IMG/VR virus record: IMGVR_UViG_3300027689_000468
Coordinates: 1-26,747 of that record
Source: a virus
Taxonomy: Duplodnaviria; Caudoviricetes
Length of the DNA: 26,747 nt
Strand: one strand, 5' to 3'
Shown: piece by piece, positions 25,675 to 26,747 of the stretch
How positions within the stretch are numbered: position 1 is the first letter of the stretch
How the letters are laid out: every line of letters starts with the position of its first letter
Program-made: the position numbers and the translations under genes
The notes under the pieces: generated by a model
The model's input: the letters and a program-made list of their open reading frames with translations, nothing else
Told to the model about the DNA's origin: nothing
The model's database searches: none

Positions 25675-26095
25675 TGCTCTCCTCTGCTTTCAGACGCGTT
25701 CGCGAAGATGGCGTCAGTCCCATTTCCGAGGCCAGCATTCTGATCAGAGTCGCCTGGTCGCGCTGAACGCGTACAGCTGGGTTGGTGACCAAGCCGTCTC
25801 GTCTTCCTTCGATCAGAATCCCTTGTTCTTCCACGAGCTTTGTGGCGTCCTTGTAGGTCACGACTGCGACTGAGTACGCAGCGAGAATGTCCTGATCTGC
25901 TTCGAAGAGAAGACCCATCAGATCGAGCTGGATTGCAGTTCGTCGCCATACGGCTTTTGCCTCCTTGCCCAGCCAGCTCGGGCATTTTGGCTTTGCCTTC
26001 TTTGGCTTGGGCTCGTTTGTGTTGATACGATCCTTGCGGTCACCTCGAACGACTCGAAGGTGACTTGGTGTTGGTGCCGGTCCTGGTCTGGCCAT
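25646..26095 (-). CDS. terS: Terminase small subunit, P27 family
   Basis: GPAPTP, P.WL...AK.VW, NPAV and EMGLTPSSR. ATG 26095 has a GGGAG RBS; an alternative GTG lies at 26131. Confidence 0.92.
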   Translation of the reverse strand: MARPGPAPTPSHLRVVRGDRKDRINTNEPKPKKAKPKCPSWLGKEAKAVWRRTAIQLDLMGLLFEADQDILAAYSVAVVTYKDATKLVEEQGILIEGRRDGLVTNPAVRVQRDQATLIRMLASEMGLTPSSRTRLKAEESNDAEDDLLD

Positions 26096-26142
26096 CTCTG
26101 CTCCCACGTCTGCGCGCCCTGGGTTGGGCACGGCCTATTTGG

Positions 26143-26152
26143 ACCAGTGCCT
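26143..26152 (-). promoter_or_regulatory. Conserved motif copy 3 (partial): AGGCACTGGT, predicted +1 at the A at 26136
   Basis: Identical 10-mer to copy 1; heads the packaging and structural operon; lacks a perfect TGCCC arm. Confidence 0.6.
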
Positions 26153-26159
26153 CAATAGA

Positions 26160-26293
26160 GGGGGGTGACATACTTGGTCTAACTTGTCAACGCGAGGCCA
26201 AAGCCTCGGGCGCGGTGCCGCACAAAAAAAATCTCACTTTTTTGACGCCCCTTCCCTTTTTTCTCCACGATTTTTGCGTTTTTCTGCGACTTT
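26160..26293. other. Putative cos/packaging-initiation region
   Basis: Non-coding gap between HNH and terS. GC-rich core (26208-26221) flanked by A/T tracts and short inverted repeats. Confidence 0.6.
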
Positions 26294-26626
26294 TTACTCT
26301 TCGTCACGCTTGATGGTGTCGTAGTATGTACGTCGTGAGTGGCAGCTTTTGCAGAGCGGCCTGAGGTTATCAAGCGCGTGTGTGCCGCCCTCTTTCAGAG
26401 AGATGATGTGGTCAACTTCTGTGGCCTCAGCTCCGCAGTTGCGACAGTTGGGTTCAGCTCGTAGCACCCTTGCTCTTGCGTGCTTCCACTCTGGCCCGTA
26501 GTCACGCCACGTTTCCCTTGCTCGTCTTGCCTGATCTCTCTGACGTTGGTGTTCCTTGCATCTTGTTCCTTGCACCAGCTCAGGGCATCCGGAGGTAGCG
26601 CAGCGTGTAGGAGGTTTCATTGGCAC
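26294..26626 (-). CDS. HNH endonuclease, terminase-associated (HK97 gp74-like)
   Basis: MP.KP...C...GC, W...R..VL..EP.CxxC, VDHI, GG...DNL.PLCxxCH; adjacent to terS. Confidence 0.95.
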   Translation of the reverse strand: MPMKPPTRCATSGCPELVQGTRCKEHQRQRDQARRARETWRDYGPEWKHARARVLRAEPNCRNCGAEATEVDHIISLKEGGTHALDNLRPLCKSCHSRRTYYDTIKRDEE

Positions 26627-26632
26627 CTGAGA

Positions 26633-26653
26633 ATAAGTGCCTGGGGGTGGGCA
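26633..26653 (-). promoter_or_regulatory. Conserved motif copy 4: TGCCC-accccc-AGGCACTTAT, then 6 nt, then GTG of HNH
   Basis: Same spacing as copies 1 and 2; no RBS before the GTG. Confidence 0.75.
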
Positions 26654-26728
26654 CGCACCTGGGGGGAGGGTCTCCTGAAAAGTTAGATGCCCCGGGGGGG
26701 TGTTTTTCAGATCTGCTCCTGGGGGGTG
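26640..26728 (+). repeat. Four copies of CC(T/C)-G5-7 with an embedded CTGAAAA/TTTTCAG inverted repeat
   Basis: Copies at 26640-26649, 26658-26666, 26691-26702 and 26718-26728; inverted repeat at 26675-26681 and 26704-26710. Confidence 0.6.
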
Positions 26729-26747
26729 TCTCTGAGATCCTTGATAC

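Larger units (their letters stand above)
1..26747 (-). mobile_element. Temperate siphovirus, probably infecting Actinobacteria, in non-integrated form
   Basis: Complete morphogenesis, lysis, replication and integration modules; WhiB; uninterrupted attP-like site; no host genes. Confidence 0.92.

Noticed and set aside
26185-26190. Perfect TTGACA on the minus strand upstream of terS
   Set aside because: No TAnnnT at 16-18 nt spacing; better explained as part of the TGACA/TGTCA inverted repeat.
30-26686. Numerous plus-strand ORFs of 60-190 aa
   Set aside because: They are antisense shadows of well-supported minus-strand genes in GC-rich DNA, with no recognisable motifs.
1-26747. CRISPR arrays, tRNA genes, diversity-generating retroelement repeats, introns or inteins
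   Set aside because: No spaced direct repeats, cloverleaf, reverse transcriptase or interrupted core gene were seen by eye, and intergenic space is minimal. Not confirmed computationally.

Overview
The window is a compact, apparently near-complete temperate siphovirus genome (HK97-type head, long non-contractile tail). Its host is probably an actinobacterium, since it encodes a WhiB protein. Every convincing gene is on the minus strand. Reading right to left the order is: HNH endonuclease, putative cos region, terminase small and large subunits, three inserted genes (including a fibre-like and an Sm/LSm-like protein), portal fused to a MuF-like domain, prohead protease, capsid, neck and tail genes (with a -1 frameshifted tail chaperone), tape measure, distal tail, tail hub/fibre, lysis genes, WhiB, HTH proteins, ssDNA-annealing protein, RusA-like resolvase, DnaB-N/AAA helicase, a divergent sigma-70 factor, a five-zinc-finger protein, an intact putative attP and a large serine integrase. 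The strongest unexplained signal is a motif, TGCCC-N6-AGGCACTnnT-N6-[start codon], at identical spacing before three start codons that lack a usable RBS, with a partial fourth copy before terS. Together with a sigma factor whose promoter-reading residues are rewired and a WhiB, this suggests a private phage transcription system. All assignments come from reading motifs by eye; no database searches were run.
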